Of a DNA stretch of 64,000 bases, positions 44,415 to 58,080 are shown one piece after another. Below the pieces are notes generated by a model. The model was not told the origin of the DNA. It searched no databases and saw only the letters and a list, made by a program, of their open reading frames with translations. Position 1 is the stretch's first letter; each line of letters starts with the position of its first letter. The stretch is from Octopus vulgaris (taxonomy: Eukaryota): contig OX597827.1 in the NCBI GenBank assembly GCA_951406725.2, positions 73,036,001-73,100,000 on the forward strand, in the 5' to 3' direction. Position numbers and translations under genes: made by a program.

Positions 44415-44751
44415 GAAGGAAATTGATGTATACATCAGAAAAAAAACCCCGTCAGGCTTTAAAAACCCCCCAGATAAAATATCGTGGTTATTTTAAGATA
44501 AAGGGTTTGGGAAATCAACAATAAGATTATCCAGCGAACTATGGCGTCACTGGGGATGTTTTTTCCTTATTCCTGTTTCGAAGTGGTTCTTGTAATGTCC
44601 TATGTCATTGTATGCAGAACACCTCAACATTTACTAAATTATATGTATGTATGTTTGTATGTATTATATATGTAGATATGGGTGTATGTATGCATGTTTT
44701 ATGCATGTACGTATGTGTGTATTTATGTCTATATAGAATGCATATATACAC

Positions 44752-44792
<41 letters not shown>

Positions 44793-44997
44793 CATAAATA
44801 TATATATATACATATAGATTTTTATACATAAATATATGCATGTGTGTGTGTTTCTATCTATATATACTCCGAAATATATAAGTATGTGTGTCTGCATGTA
44901 GCTATAATATATATATGTGTGTGTATCTATATAAATATATGTATATATATGTATACACACACATATATACGTACATATATGTATACAGGCACTCAAA

Positions 44998-45056
<59 letters not shown>

Positions 45057-45404
45057 ACACTCATATACATATGCGCAGCAGATTGTCCTAGTGATTGAAG
45101 AACACCCAGCCTTATTCTTCTATGAAAACCAATATTGCAATGGAAATTTCGAAGACGAGAGATTGGTCTTGGCCAGGCTGTGCAGTTCACTGTCCCTGCC
45201 AATCTTTATTCTGCCGCCAGAGGCCGCCAGATGTGCAGACAAAAGAAATTATTCTCCAGCAGCGCAAGCACTGCCTGTCGACCAAAATACGAAGCTGTCA
45301 TCTGTTGTAATAATTGTCTTTGACCATAGAAACTCTCACTGCTGCTGCTGCTGTTGTTGTTGTTGTTGTTGTATATGTCGTTGTTGCAGTCGTAGTCGTC
45401 GTCA

Positions 45405-45573
45405 TTTATGATGCTAGTGGTGGTGTTGATGGTGGTCATAGTGATGAGGAGGACGGCGACGACGACGATGATGAATGATGGCACTGATGATGAATATGAT
45501 GAAGATGACGACGATGATGATGATGATGATGATGATGATTATGATGAAGATGACGATGAAGATGATGATGATA

Positions 45574-45611
<38 letters not shown>

Positions 45612-45663
45612 AAAGATGATAATGAAGATGATCATGATGATGATCATGATGATGATGATCATC

Positions 45664-45728
<65 letters not shown>

Positions 45729-45776
45729 AAAGATGATAATGAAGAAGATGATGATGATGATAAAGATGATAATGAA

Positions 45777-45839
<63 letters not shown>

Positions 45840-46050
45840 GATGATGATGAAGAAGATGATGATCATGATGATGATGATGATGATGATAAAGATGATAATG
45901 AAGATGATGATGATGATGATGATGATGATGATAATGATGAAGATGATGATGAAGATAATGATGAAGATGATAATGATGATGATGATGATGATGATGATGA
46001 TGCTGATGAAGATGATGGTGATGATGATTATGACAATGACCATTATTTGA
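45405..46050. repeat. Long degenerate (GAT)n microsatellite
   Basis: Direct observation. Confidence 0.95.
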
Positions 46051-46095
46051 AGCAATACTGCATGCAGGTGACAAATCAAAGTCTATTTTTGTTCG

Positions 46096-46156
<61 letters not shown>

Positions 46157-46412
46157 CAGAGAGCTTGAGAGAAGGTGGGGAGAGTGGAAAAGAGGGATGG
46201 AGAGAGAGCATGTGAGATGAGGGAATCTGGTTGTGCGATACCTACGTTGGCTATGTATGTGTGTGTGTATGTGTTTGTAAGCGTGGGTGTATATGTGTGT
46301 GCGTACATATGTGTGTGAATGTGTGTGTGTGTGTATGTTATTTTATGTCTGTGTGCATATGTGATTCTCTACACCATTTTGAAGTGTATGTATGTGTATG
46401 TATGTATGTATG

Positions 46413-46460
<48 letters not shown>

Positions 46461-47013
46461 TAGGTTTATTTACGTAAGTATAGGTATGTATGTATGGGTG
46501 TGTGAGTATTTGTCTGTATCAAAATGTGTGCGTTTGTCTGTGTATGTGTAAATGTGTGTGTATGTGCGTGCGTGTGCGTGTGTGTGTGTTTGGATGTGTT
46601 TGTAAGTGTTTGCGCGCGCGCGTGTGTATGAGTGTGTGCATATGGGTGTGTATGTGTGTATATGTAAGACTGTGTGTGTGTGTGTGTGTGTATGTGAGTG
46701 TGTGTGTCTGTTCGTACATCATACATAGCAGCTTGGCTACACCGAGATAGCATTGTTTTCAGTAAAAAATAAAAACGCCCAACACCAAAAATAAAAGAAA
46801 CATAAAAACCAAGAAGAACCCTCCCTAAGAAAAACTAAACAATAAAATATATTGTTAGTGACCTCTGTATGGAATCGAGTGGCAAGAAATTGTATTTAAA
46901 ATAATAGTAGCAGCAGCAGCAGACGCGGCAGTAGCAACATCAATAATAATGTTTTTCTGTATTAACCACTAAGAGTTCACAAAAACATAATAATAATAAT
47001 AATAATGATAATA

Positions 47014-47562
47014 GATGCAGTACCAGGCAGTGGCTCTCATGGCTTCTGATCTTAACTGATTGGAAGTGTTATCATGTACATTGTTTTGTCGAGGTATAAA
47101 AGATGGGCTACAGCAAATATTCTGCTCAATACCACAGATATGCTTGTCAGTTGTTTGACCTTAACCAGTTGAGCATGTCCCTTAGTGGCTGACGATATGT
47201 GCATCTCTGATCACGAGCAGAAGTAGTCGGGGAGCATCATAGCCATGTGTTGAGAGGGATTCTTTGGAGTTTGAATAGTTCACCTCTGGAAACATGGGTG
47301 GTTCTTTCAACATCCTTAAACAACCCTTATTCAGGGACCGTTTGAGCGGGATGGGCTACTCAACCTGAAGAAAATTCTAACTGGGCCCCACCTGCAAGGT
47401 CATGTGCTGTTTATCTTGATATGAGATCACCATGTTGCGCACATATGGTTGTGATGCATGTGCCTGGTGTACCTTTATCAGACGGGTAGTCATGATGGGT
47501 ATATTGGGCTTCGTATATTTTACCCCAGTGTCACTTTGATGGCATGCACTGCTCTCTCACTC

Positions 47563-47645
<83 letters not shown>

Positions 47646-48110
47646 TGATGATGATGATACTAATAATAATGGGCTATAGCAAATATTCTGCTCAATACCA
47701 TAGATTTGCTTGTCAGTTGTTTGACCGTAACCAGTTGAGCATGTCCCTTAGTGGCTGATTATATGTGCATCTCTGACCACGGGCAGAAGTAGTGGGGGAG
47801 CATCATAGCCGTGTGTTGAAAGGAATTCTTAGAGGTTTGGATAATTCACCATTAGAAACATGGGTGTTTCGTTCAACATCATTAATCCTTATTCAGGGAC
47901 CTTTTGAGCGGGATGGGCTACTCGACCTGAAGAAAATTCTAACTGGGCTTCACCTGCAAGGTCATGTGCTGTTTATCTTGATATGAGATCACCATGTTGC
48001 GCACATATGGTTGTGATGCCTAGTGTACCCTTATCAGACGGGTATTCATGATGGGCTTCGTATATTTTACCCCAGTGTCACTTTGATGGAATGCACTGCT
48101 CTCTCACTCA
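47014..48110. mobile_element. Two tandem copies (47014-47563, 47670-48110) of a non-coding element embedded in (AAT)n
   Basis: Copies align throughout and share the end gcactgctctctcactc followed by (AAT)n; second copy is left-truncated. Confidence 0.8.
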
Positions 48111-48119
48111 ATGATGATG

Positions 48120-48191
<72 letters not shown>

Positions 48192-48329
48192 GGTTCATTT
48201 ATGTTTCTGCCTCTACCTCTTCCCCTCCCCATGCTTTCGGGCACATTGTAACATCTCTTATCTTTCATTCGCCCTAGGATGCTGTGTGTGTCTCGGCAAG
48301 TGACTGTAACAAACATGCACAGGACATGG

Positions 48330-48778
48330 AAATGCAGAGTCAGTTCTTGAAGAATAAAGATGAGATTGATTGGAATAGAACCTGGCAATGGCTGCAGAAA
48401 GGAGACTTAAAAGAACCCTCTGAGGCATTTAGAGTGCAGCGCTGAAGAACAAGCTCTCAGAACAAACTACTCCAAATATCATATTGATAAAAGCACTGAC
48501 TCGCCACAGTGTAGGATGAGCTCTAAAAATAGAAACAATTCCTATCATACTAGGCCTATTAGGTATGATAAAATACTATTCAGACAAATACGTAACAAAA
48601 ACACCAGGACTAACAAATATATATAACATAGCACTACTAGGCACTGCACACCTCCTACGTGAAACACTTTCAATACAGTAACCATAAGAACATCACAACA
48701 AACCACAGCACATACCCAAGGCACACAGAGCTGTGCTTGGTAGTGCAGTGATAGCACGTGATAAAAATAAGACTACTG

Positions 48779-48830
<52 letters not shown>
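48330..48830 (+). mobile_element. R4/Dong-like LINE 3' relic with (AAT)n tail
   Basis: WQWLQKGDLK..AEEQALRTNYSKYHIDKSTDSPQCRM and terminal IALLGTAHLLRETL peptides typical of R4-clade ORF end. Confidence 0.75.
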
Positions 48831-48832
<2 letters not shown>

Positions 48833-49256
48833 CCTTTCTACTGGAGGCACAAAGCCTCAAATTTGGCGGGAGGAGACTAATTAATCACATCGACCCCAGT
48901 ACTGGTTCTTAATTTATCGACCCCGAAAGGATGGAAGGCAAAGTCGACCTCGGCGGAATTTGAACTCAGAACGTAGCGGCAGACAAAATACCTATTTCTT
49001 TACTACCCACAAGGGGCTAAACACAGAGAGGACAAACAAGGACAGACAAACGGATTAAGTCGATTATATCGACCCCAGTGCGTAACTAGTACTTATTTAA
49101 TCGACCCCGAAAGGATGAAAGGATGAATCGACCTCGGCGGAATTTGAGCTCAGAACGTAGCGGCAGACGAAATACCGCTAAGTATTTCGTCCGGCGTGCT
49201 AACGTTTCTGCCAGCTCGCCGCCTTCAATAATGTTGATGATGATAATAAGAATAGC

Positions 49257-49368
<112 letters not shown>

Positions 49369-49409
49369 GTAATAATAATAATAATAATAATGACCCACAG
49401 CCAGTAGAA

Positions 49410-49900
49410 TTTAGTAAAACATCGTAGATATGCTTGCAGCTGTGAAGGGAAATCGTCGAATCACCATCCGTGAGTTATCAGAGTATGTGCAGATTAGTTA
49501 CGTTTAAGAGGGTTGTGGGACATGCGTCTGCCAAGTTTGTACCAAAACTGCTTTCAGTTGACCAAAAGGACACTTGGGATTCAGTAGCGCAAGATTTCCT
49601 TGATTGTGCCGAGAACGATGAAATCTTTTTGAAAACTTTGCTTAGGCCTCTGAACAGGTATCGCCGATCTTTTGGCAAAATTTAATGCAGATTCTCTGCT
49701 CAACTTTCTCTGTCATGATCAATGCGACGGTCACACGCTACGCACCTTCCTTCCAAGCATTGTTGTAAACAGCGGAAGTCAAAACTTAGAGCGTATGCAC
49801 AGCAGAGTTTAAGGTCAATCTGTGGCAAGGGGCTTCACTCTGTGTGCTTTAGCTTCTTTGTTATGGCACCAATCCGAATACTTATTGATCAGATCACGTA
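49410..49900 (+). mobile_element. Internally deleted mariner relic
   Basis: NRRITIRELSE and SAKFVPKLLSVDQK peptides; TIR-like tccgaatacttattgatcagatcacgta at the right end. Confidence 0.7.
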
Positions 49901-49904
49901 TATA

Positions 49905-49957
<53 letters not shown>

Positions 49958-50074
49958 CATAAGGGACTAAAGCCATCTGAATATGGCTAGGGACAGGGCA
50001 GGGTGGTGGGGGTGTTACTGTTGCATTTAGCCCCAGGCGAACATCGACGTCACCAGAAAGGCTCGACACCGTCA

Positions 50075-50154
<80 letters not shown>

Positions 50155-50749
50155 CACCGTGACCGACTAGGCTATCAAATGTTGCTACACAACGCTGGTC
50201 ACAATGCTCTTCGCTTTGATTTTAGCCTTCAAATGACGCCATCCCGCTGGCTAAACGAGCAGGCCAACAGAAGAAAGAGAGAGAGAGAGGAAGTTGTGGC
50301 AAAAGAGTACAGCAGGGATTGCCACCGTCCCCTGCCGGGGCCTCGTGGAGCTTTAGGTGTTTTCGCTCAATAAACACTCACAACGTCCTATCTGGGAATC
50401 GAAACCGCGATCCTACAACTCTATGTATTCTTTAATTCTTTTATTGTTTCGGTCATTTGACTGCTGCCATGCTGCTGCACTACCTTGAAGTGTCTTTCTT
50501 CGACCAAGTCGGCCCCAGAACTTATTTTTGAAGGCTAGTACATCTTCCATCCGTCTCTTTTGCCGAATCGCTTGGTTATGGGGATGACAAACACCAACAC
50601 AGACATACAGACATCCGTATATATACATACATACATAATACACACACACGTAATACATACATACATACATGCATACATACATACATACACACATATATAC
50701 GTACATGCATACATACATACATACATACATACATACATACATACATACA

Positions 50750-50782
<33 letters not shown>

Positions 50783-51167
50783 GACAAACTTCTTTCAGTT
50801 TCTGTCTAGCAAATCCACTCATAAGGCTTTGGTCGGGCTGAGGCTACACTAAAAAGACACTTAACCAAGGTGCAGTGCAGTGGGACCGAACTAGGAACCT
50901 TGTGGTTTGGAAGTTAGCTTCTTGCCACGCTTTTTATTTTAGTTTTGTTTGTTTGTGAGTTGCTTATAAAAAATGTAAGAGATTTTTGTTTTAGAAAGAA
51001 AAAAAATTCGTTTAAGCGTACATACATTTACCATTGAATGTACATGTGTATGTATGAGATATTATCGCATAGCAACACATGTGACATGCACCCCAGAAAC
51101 AATATTTAAATTAGTGCCAACGTAATGATCGTAATGCGCATCCACATTAGAAATGTAATTTGAAATA

Positions 51168-51308
51168 TAAGGTTGTCCCAAAAGTTCGTAGAAAGTCTTG
51201 GAAAATAATGGTCTTTATTTGGAGGAATAATTTTTGTTGTTTTTGTTAGTACTTGGCGAGTAAAAATTCAATTTTCGCAAGTGTTTACGAACTTTTGGGG
51301 CAACCTAA
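51168..51308. mobile_element. Mariner-type MITE
   Basis: TIRs taaggttgtcccaaaagttcgta / tacgaacttttggggcaacctaa, TA flanks. Confidence 0.8.
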
Positions 51309-51775
51309 TATTTGGCGATGACGAGGAGAAATTAACATATTGGTTTTAGATTTTAGTAGCAAACCATAATGCCGAGGAAATGGATAAGTCGATTATATCA
51401 ACCCAAATCTCATCTGGTAATTACATAATCGACCACGAAAGGGATGAAACGCGAAGTCCACCTTGGCGTCATTTGAACCCAGAACGTAAAGACGGACGAA
51501 ATGACGCAGAGCATTTTGTCCTGCGTGCTTAACGATTCTGCCAATTCTCCGTCTTGGAAGAAATTAATGTATAAATTAAAAATGTTTTGAAGAGGTTTGG
51601 CAAGTAGGGGAGACAACTCCGGCTATGTTGTAAACTTGTAATTTAAGCTTGTGTATGGATAATGTATCTGAGAGCTGTGTCTATTGTTATTGATACATGT
51701 CTTGATTAGCACTTGCATGCATGAGTGTGTTTGTTCATATGAGTGTATTACATACACGCACATAAAATATGCATA

Positions 51776-51830
<55 letters not shown>

Positions 51831-52182
51831 AACGCATGTATATTATATATATACAATACATACATATACATATCTGTCTTTACGCAAACACACATATATA
51901 CACGATGGGCTTCTTTCAGTTTCCGCTCATCAGATCCACTGATAAGGCTTTGACCGGCCTGAGGCTTTAGTACGAGACGTTTACCCAAGGTGCAGCGCAG
52001 TCGACTGAACTTGGAGCTGTGTGATTGGGAAGTAAACTTTTTACTACACAGCCACGTCTGCCCTTATCTCTCTCTCTTCCTCCCTTTCTCTCTCTCTCTC
52101 TCTCTCTGTATATATATATATATATATATATACACATACATATCTATCTATCTATCTATCCATCCATCCATCCATCTACCTA

Positions 52183-52246
<64 letters not shown>

Positions 52247-52360
52247 CAGCCGAAATCTGCGATGAGGGATCAGTTTCTGACTGAAGAATGAAGGCTTTGA
52301 ATGACCCGTTTGTCTTTTTGTTCGTCCCTTCGTCTATTTCCGTTATTTATTTATGTAAAG

Positions 52361-52428
<68 letters not shown>

Positions 52429-53964
52429 CATATATATAGTTATGTTGTTTTCCGTTAGGAACGTGTCAGAGTACAGCATAGAGCTCACAGAGGATGGTTT
52501 CGAAGTCGAAGATTTTAAACTAACGGAGACAACACTTATATATCGCATGAGAAAACACAACTAGATGTCATTATGCAACGACCCAGTTGCATAATCAAAT
52601 ACCTGTATTCTTGGAGAACTACGTTGTATCGAAACAATTGTAGCGAATGATAAACATATGTCCAACCGTACTCCCTCTTCCTGATTCCAATTTCTTGAAT
52701 TATATGTATTTATATATATAAGCATAAGTATGCAAATGTATGTTTATATATGCATGTGTATTTTATGTGTGAGATTTCGAATGTAAATTTGCTAGCGTGT
52801 TGTCTGGTAAGTATAATAATGTCATTGTAACATTCCTTGTTAATTATAGTAGGAAAGAAAAAATAAAACGTGTCTAGCGATAATTCCAAGTATAATTATG
52901 TAACTTAGCAAAATTTATGAATAAATATATCTTTTCTGGCAGATGAATCCCGCCATTAATCGTTAATATTACACGTAGCGTTTAAATGTTTAAAAAAAAA
53001 GTTGAATGTGTTGTTAGTAAGAGTTATAATCCTTTCTGGTAAAGGCACAAGGCCTGAAATTTTGGGGGATGGGAGTGGTCAATTACCTCGACCCCAGTGT
53101 TTCACTGGTACTTAATTTATCGACCCCGAAAGGACGAAAGGCAAAGTCGCCCTCAGCGGAATTTGAACTCAGAATGTTGCGACGGGCGAAATACGGCTAA
53201 GCATTTCGTCCAGCGTTCTGACGATACTTTTCTACTGTAGGGACAAGGCCAGAAATTTTTGGAGAGAGGACCAGTTACTTAGGTCGATCCCAATTATCAA
53301 CTCCGGAAGGATGAAGTCGACCTCGGCAGAATTTGATCTCAGAACGTAAAGACAGACAAAATACCGCTAAGCGTGTTAACGATTCTGCCAGCTCGCCGCT
53401 TTAGTAAGTGTTATAAACATCAAAACCAGTGTTATGCTGGTTTTTCCTTTCGGCCACGATTGTTTTCAAGCTCACAGCAGTCTTCGAATTTTGTGACGAA
53501 GTATTCGTCGCATTGGGCTTATAAGTCTCTGGCTTGACATGGAAATGTCATGGGAACTTTCTGCTATTATAGACATCGATGGCGCACGTCCTTCCCTTTC
53601 ATTTTTTAATCTTGGACTAGCATGGTTATGAAGGAAAGCCCCTTTTGTTCATCACCTTTCAAATCTTAAGAAGGTTTTGCAGATTTCTATAGTCCCAGAA
53701 TCATAATCATTTGTATAAATTAAGGATTTGCGTTCTCTTCCCAAGAACCCAAGCTCAGCTATGCTTGTATGTATGTATGTATGTATGTATGTATGTATGT
53801 ATGTATGTATGTATGTATGTATGTATGTATGCACGTATAGATAGATAGATGTAAATATATACTTTTCTCGCTGGATTGCGTGTTCCTTTCTCTTTTTGCC
53901 ATCTGTGATTTTATCTTTGATCTTCTATATAAATGAAGATATTTCCGCCATCTGGTTGTTTTTC

Positions 53965-54240
53965 TTTCTACAAAACCGGAAATTACATTGTGGAACAGTT
54001 CTTTTTACCAGATGCATTTCTTTGTCATCCGACGAGATACATCTGTATAACCGGATGCTCCTGAACCAGTCGTTGAGTGACCCACCCTCACGGAATCAAT
54101 GCTAGATGTGTCGAAACAATTGTCGTGATTAATAATAAATTCTCGTATATATCCCATCTTCCATTGGACATATACATAACGATCACTGTGAAAGTGACCG
54201 TGCTTTACCAGTAACGTCCCAGGTGTGTAAACCATTCGTT
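53965..54240 (-). pseudogene. Possible decayed Mind-bomb-like (MIB/HERC2 + ZZ) fragment
   Basis: GT..VYVQWKMG...FDTSSIDS..G then HP..RC....QCNFRFC after frameshifts; visual similarity only. Confidence 0.3.
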
Positions 54241-54287
54241 TTATTATCCATTATATATATATATACATACATACATACATACATACA

Positions 54288-54321
<34 letters not shown>

Positions 54322-54452
54322 CATATATATATAGGCGCAGGAGTGGCTGTGTGGTAAGCAGCTTGCTTACCAACCACAAAGTTCCGGATTCAGTCCCATT
54401 GCGTGGCACCTTGTGAGTGGATTTGGTAGACGGAAACTGAAAGAAGCCCGTC

Positions 54453-54490
<38 letters not shown>

Positions 54491-54491
<1 letters not shown>

Positions 54492-55050
54492 GACAAAACA
54501 TCTCCAGAATTGAGTCACCCCAGAGGGCACTCACTAAACAAATTGAAGGCATGGCTGCTCTCGATTATTGGGATCGCCTTAAAGCCTTGAAACTTTACTC
54601 CCTCCAGCGTCGCCGTGAGCGGTACATTATTTGTACGATGTGGAAAATATACCGCCAACTTTGCCCAAACGACCTAAACATTAGCTTCAAGGTTCATCCA
54701 AGACTTGGACCACGGGCTATACATCCCCTGCCCAATTCAAGATCACAACATACATGTACACTGCAACATAATTTCTTTTCCTCAACAGGCCCTGCCCTAT
54801 TTAACATTGTCCCGAGGGAGATCAAAGAGGAAAAGGATCCCATCAACTTTAAACAGAGTCTGGATAGATTCCTTCAAAGAATACCAGATAAGCCACCCAT
54901 AATTGGATACAACTCACCCAACAAGAACTCACTACTTGAACAAAACTTGACTTAAACAGGATTCGAATAATCCTATCAGGTGGTGCTATTAATTTAGACA
55001 TGGCCTGGACCAATCTTTGGTCGAAACATATCTAAGTTTATCTAAGTCTA

Positions 55051-55055
<5 letters not shown>
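54491..55055 (+). mobile_element. 3' fragment of same CR1/L2-group LINE nested in the (TA)n of a SINE
   Basis: IESPQRALTKQIEGM..LDYWDRLKALKLYSLQRRRER...stop 54955; 3' UTR caggtggtgctattaa shared with ~2590; short ctaagttta tail repeats. Confidence 0.88.
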
Positions 55056-55145
<90 letters not shown>

Positions 55146-55374
55146 TTGTGTGTATGTGTCCCATAACATGTCTTGACAGCCGATGCTGGTGTATTTACGT
55201 CCCCGAAACTTAGCGGTTCGGCAAAAGACACCGATAGAATATGTACTAGGCTTACAAAGAATAAGTTCTAGGGGCGATTTTCTCGACTCAAGGCGGTGCT
55301 CCAGCATGGCCGCAGTCAAAATGACTAAAACAAGTAAAAGAATAAAATAAAAGAATACATACATACACACGCAC

Positions 55375-55407
<33 letters not shown>

Positions 55408-55723
55408 TGTATGTATGTATGTATGTATGTATGTATGTATGTATGTATGTATGTATGTATGTGACCTTCGAAACGTGGAGTAGATGAAATTAAGGCGACT
55501 GAAGAAGGGGAATTTTCCTTGTTTTGTATGTCCTGTACTCTATTTTTTCTTTGTTTAAAAAAATGTCCATTTCCTTGGTTTTGTGTTTATGTTTTCGTTT
55601 CTCATTGTGTTCGACGTTTTTTTGGTGTCCTGTACCCATAAATGCATGTATATGTATACATGTAGAGGTAGGTACGTACATATATGTATGTATATATGCA
55701 TATATTTTATTTATTTATTAATT

Positions 55724-55786
<63 letters not shown>

Positions 55787-56039
55787 TTACATATATATAT
55801 ATTTATATAAATACACAGTTATACAGATGCAAAGATCGATCGATCTATGGATAGATAGATAGATCCATACAAATCTTTATAAATAGATAGCTATATCCCA
55901 ACGAATGCGTCGACTCCGGCCAACAGTAAACATCATTACTATTATAATGGTTCGGCTTTATTGTGCAATTGTCCTGCCAACGGTTCTGTTTTGGCAGTGA
56001 ATCATGGAAAATATCGGCGACTTTAACCAAGAAACTGCA

Positions 56040-56392
56040 AAGTCAGCTGGTGAGATAGAATTATAAAAGAAAATATTTCCCCGAAGCAAATCGCAGCCAT
56101 TACAAATCATTATGGTGCTGCTATGACGATGGTAGGTCACATAATGCATCTGCCAGCCACTCGGCATACAAACACTGTAGTGACGGTGAAATAGGAAGAA
56201 GGGAAATTTTTAAAATGAAAAAGAACAGCAAAAATCTTTGACCCACTAATACTTGGCGCCATACAGTTGAGGAGGATCTTAAATGCACGAGAAGCAGATG
56301 GATGGGAGAGGAAAGAGAAACGTAGCAGATTAACAACGCAGGAGGATGTTTGTTGTCTTTTGTGCCTCAAAGCGTGAGAAGACCTAAGTCAA
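56040..56392 (+). mobile_element. Decayed RTE-like LINE 3' end
   Basis: RWxGH and PTNTWRHTVEEDLK-like peptides ending gaagacctaagtc. Confidence 0.55.
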
Positions 56393-56394
56393 AG

Positions 56395-56489
<95 letters not shown>

Positions 56490-56671
56490 CACTCTCATTC
56501 TTTTATTCTTTTACTCATTTATTTGTTTCAGTTATGTGACTGCCGCCATGCTGGAGTCTGCCTTAAAGAGGTTTTTAGTCGAAGAAATCGATTCCAGGAT
56601 TTATTCTTTGTAAGCCTAGTACTTATACTATCGGTCACATTTGGAGAACTGGTAAGTTACAGGGAATGTAC

Positions 56672-56702
<31 letters not shown>

Positions 56703-56778
56703 TGTATGTATGTATGTATGTATGTATTTATGTATGTATGTATGTGTATATATATTTACATGTATATATATAAATATA

Positions 56779-56810
<32 letters not shown>

Positions 56811-56903
56811 CACATATATACATATATGTACATATGATAGATCGGTAGCCACTATACATTTCTCTTCTATCCTTGTTTCTCTCCCTGTTTTTTTTCTGTC
56901 TCC

Positions 56904-56940
56904 CTTTCTGTAGAAGAGCGTAGGCTCGAAACGTAAAAGA
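56904..56940 (+). ncRNA. Minimal/degenerate hammerhead motif in a dispersed repeat (relatives at 18811-18842 + and 39033-39064 -)
   Basis: cttt CTGTAGA a gagc-gtag-gctc GAAA cgTA aaag; relatives read CTGACGA..gctcGAAAcgtta and CCGACGAagagc..gcttGAAAcgttg; 56.9 kb and 39.0 kb copies share a downstream ttcctgagcgt motif. Confidence 0.5.
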
Positions 56941-57062
56941 CTTTTTCAATTCCTGAGCGTTATACTAATACATCTGTTTGTTTTCTACACCACCTGTCTT
57001 CGTCTTCTGTTGTTTCGTGAACTCTCCCTATATATATACATAGCAGCAGAAATTCAACAAAG

Positions 57063-57102
57063 CCTGTTACTCTGAGTTTCACGTTCCCGTTCGTCGGACA
57101 GT
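57063..57102 (-). ncRNA. Second copy of the CCGAYGA hammerhead variant family
   Basis: Minus strand ctgt CCGACGA acg-GGAA-cgt GAAA ctcagaGTA acag; flanks homologous to 59628-59690. Confidence 0.65.
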
Positions 57103-57198
57103 TTATATATATATCTACATATATACTGATATATACCTATATATACGCATATGCATATATACATATATATACCTATATACATATATATACACATCCAT

Positions 57199-57248
<50 letters not shown>

Positions 57249-57379
57249 TTATATATCTTTATGTACGCATTCATAAATAATCCATATATATTTATATGTA
57301 TATGTGTATTTATGTGTTGTTTAAGTTATTTTTAAAATATGAGAAACAGAGTCTGTCATTAAGAACTTAGTTAAAAACA

Positions 57380-58080
57380 ACTTCTAGGGTCTTACACCTA
57401 TCTGCTAATGAAAAATTCTCAAAAAGCTGTTTATAATACGTGGTTTTAAAATCGATCACAAATCCGAAACATACGTAGAAACATTAGTTCTGATAACCCA
57501 ATTAGTAAATTTCTACTGAAGTTGCAGTATAACAGTTGCAACTTCAATAGCTTGAGTAATATTGACACAGTCATTACGAAGCACTTTACAGAAAACACAA
57601 ATGCTGCAAACTGTTCAGCGTAATACTATCAATATTACCTTGTTCAAAGATTTCCCGCTCCAACAAATCTCAGCTATACAAATACCTAACATACTGTTTT
57701 AGCGGACAATGTAAGTGTCTCAAAGCTGACTCATTCTCCATACACTCAAAATGCTTTATTAAGGATATTGTCTATCAATAAACTGTGTAGGTAAAGTAAA
57801 CTTCAAAGTCCTACAATCGCTTGCAATTGAACGATTTGTAACTCCAATACCCACATCTTTAGAAATCCAACAAATCTAATCAGAAATCACTAGCTTCATG
57901 CCTCAGAAACTAAAAACCTTGAAAATTCTTGGAATACCAAAAACCATGCAAACCTTGTACCACAGAAAGCCTGGAAAATTTCTTTTGCGCGATTTCTTTT
58001 GTGAACAAAATTCCGAATAACTTTGATCTTGCATGCACAAAATCTTTAAAACACATAAATTTAAAAAAAATACCTACTAA
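57380..58080 (+). pseudogene. Heavily decayed LRR-coding relic
   Basis: LxxLxL-type fragments in shifting frames: RVLHLSAN (57386), VETLVL/DNPI (57475), VLADN (~57696), LLRILSINK (57756), VLQSLAIE (~57808), LKTLKILG (57910), SLKHINLKK (58043). Confidence 0.45.

Noticed and set aside
45408-46308. Poly-Asp / poly-His / poly-Met ORFs
   Set aside because: Frames of a (GAT)n tract; no signal peptide or exon support
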